DNA of 25,821 bases from a virus (Duplodnaviria; Caudoviricetes), in the IMG/VR virus record IMGVR_UViG_3300016476_000066, positions 1-25,821 of that record; one strand, 5' to 3'. Positions 25,448-25,821 of this stretch are shown piece by piece. The position numbers and the translations under genes are program-made. The notes under the pieces were generated by a model, which made no database searches, had not been told where the DNA came from, and was given only the letters and a program-made list of their open reading frames with translations. Positions within the stretch are counted from its first letter, which is position 1, and each line of letters starts with the position of its first letter.

Positions 25448-25609
25448 TCACTTTCCTTTCTTCATACGCGCTGCGCGCATATTATCGACCAAATTTGGAT
25501 ATGGTCGGTTAGCAGCCTTCGCCATCGACTTTGCAGAAGACTTCTGCTTAGGAGACAATTTCTTATCAGTCTTCGTTGGGTCTTTCGTCTTCCAGACAGG
25601 CTTTTTCAT
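25448..25609 (-). CDS. Small Lys-rich protein, 53 aa (MKKPVWKTKDPTKTDKKLSPKQKSSAKSMAKAANRPYPNLVDNMRAARMKKGK)
   Basis: Below the ORF-track cut-off; read manually. GGGAGG RBS, ATGA overlap upstream, stop 1 nt before the next ATG. Confidence 0.85.
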   Translation of the reverse strand: MKKPVWKTKDPTKTDKKLSPKQKSSAKSMAKAANRPYPNLVDNMRAARMKKGK

Positions 25610-25821
25610 TTGCCTCCCTTTCCCTTATTTCGCGCGGAGATAGCTTTGGCCTTGGCCTTGGCATCCGCCTTAGAGTTCGCACCCCATGCTTGCAGCGATA
25701 GTAGTAAACGTGTCGGCCTTCCTTTTTCATCGCGCTCCGGCCCCGGCATATTACCCATACGGGCCAAGAATGACGCACGACGAGGATTATCGCCAGCCTT
25801 AACTGGCGCTTTCAAATTCAT
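25606..25821 (-). CDS. Small basic phage protein (possibly 5'-truncated by the window edge)
   Basis: NLKAPVK...RRASFLARM...PTRLLLSLQAWG pattern; couples to the next ORF. Confidence 0.7.
   Translation of the reverse strand: MNLKAPVKAGDNPRRASFLARMGNMPGPERDEKGRPTRLLLSLQAWGANSKADAKAKAKAISARNKGKGGK

Noticed and set aside
25566-25778. 70-aa alternative-frame ORF
   Set aside because: It overlaps two better-coupled ORFs (25606..25821 and 25448..25609).

Overview
The whole window is phage DNA: a short-tailed (podovirus-like) dsDNA phage, probably temperate. Its host is probably an alphaproteobacterium, judged from the GapR/DUF2312 homolog, the GTA-type 3TM holin and the RcGTA-like head-spike base protein. 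A tightly coupled minus-strand late operon runs from 25821 to 3691. In order it encodes small basic proteins, a spike-base protein, a Cys-rich HiPIP-like protein, a glycosyltransferase, a methyltransferase, portal, scaffold, major capsid, adaptor, fibre genes, a holin/GH108 lysis cassette, tail nozzle, a GNAT-like protein and five internal/ejection proteins, with a PAPS-reductase-family enzyme inserted among the last group. A plus-strand tyrosine integrase converges on this operon. A second minus-strand operon (2698 to 1) carries a DnaA-domain-IV-like protein, GapR, a secreted lytic transglycosylase and small hypotheticals. The most unusual signals are: (1) an ejection protein fusing a lysozyme-like domain to an apparently circularly permuted SGNH hydrolase; (2) tailoring enzymes (GT, MTase, two putative Fe-S proteins, GNAT) embedded among virion genes; (3) a ruler-like 10x20-aa plus 5x10-aa repeat protein next to a small beta-rich subunit; (4) a recurring terminal GLL motif in the internal proteins. 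All family calls come from motif recognition by eye; no searches were run.
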